Shown here piece by piece: positions 63,830 to 64,000 of a stretch of DNA of 64,000 nt. The stretch is from a virus: IMG/VR virus record IMGVR_UViG_3300028027_000001; one strand, written 5' to 3'. The translations under genes were made by a program, and so were the position numbers. The notes below the pieces were generated by a model. It did no database searches and was not told where the DNA came from. It saw only the letters and a list, made by a program, of their open reading frames with translations. Within the stretch, counting starts at the first letter, position 1. Each line of letters starts with the position of its first letter.

Positions 63830-64000
63830 CTTCTTCAGTTAAATGTTGTGCCTCAACCCAACCACGGTTTTTGGTTAAGATTTTATGCTCAGGTGTACAT
63901 TGCAATTTAAATCCAGTTGACTCGTCCTCGATTTCCAACAATTCTGCGTCTGGGTGGGTCAAGCCAAAATTAGTTACTAGTTTAAATTCTTGTGCATTGG
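63813..64000 (-). CDS. 3' end of the split intein N-fragment, presumably fused to NrdA-N (5' end is outside the window)
   Basis: Hand translation ...THPDAELLEIEDESTGFKLQCTPEHKILTKNRGWVEAQHLTEEDELVY-stop; block B TxxH. Confidence 0.85.
   Translation of the reverse strand, partial: NAQEFKLVTNFGLTHPDAELLEIEDESTGFKLQCTPEHKILTKNRGWVEAQHLTEEDELVY

Noticed and set aside
1-64000. Stop-codon reassignment
   Set aside because: Conserved genes are full length in the standard code, TAG and TGA both end genes at sensible places, and no suppressor tRNA is seen.

Overview
This window is 64 kb of an AT-rich large or jumbo tailed dsDNA phage genome. Essentially all real genes lie on the minus strand and use the standard code. 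The host is most likely in Bacteroidota, judged from T9SS-type cargo proteins, a lipoprotein, SD-less A-rich starts and a tmRNA tag ending in AA. From left to right it holds: (1) small early-type hypothetical genes and a ~1.4 kb non-coding locus packed with tRNA-like and kissing-loop RNAs; (2) an SprB-repeat/T9SS protein and thyA; (3) a glycosyltransferase/methyltransferase cluster; (4) T4-like replication genes (clamp loader, sliding clamp, family B polymerase) and groES/groEL; (5) a 7-deazaguanine cluster (folE, queE, queD, queC, TGT/DpdA-like) with an embedded purine phosphoribosyltransferase and a MazG-like pyrophosphatase; (6) four tRNAs and a circularly permuted two-piece tmRNA; (7) a duplicated two-gene module flanking lysis-like genes; (8) the 3' part of nrdA. 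Four genes are fractured by free-standing endonuclease genes. The clamp loader and nrdA carry naturally split inteins, while polB and a GT-B glycosyltransferase have no splicing element. All calls come from reading motifs by eye; no database searches were run.
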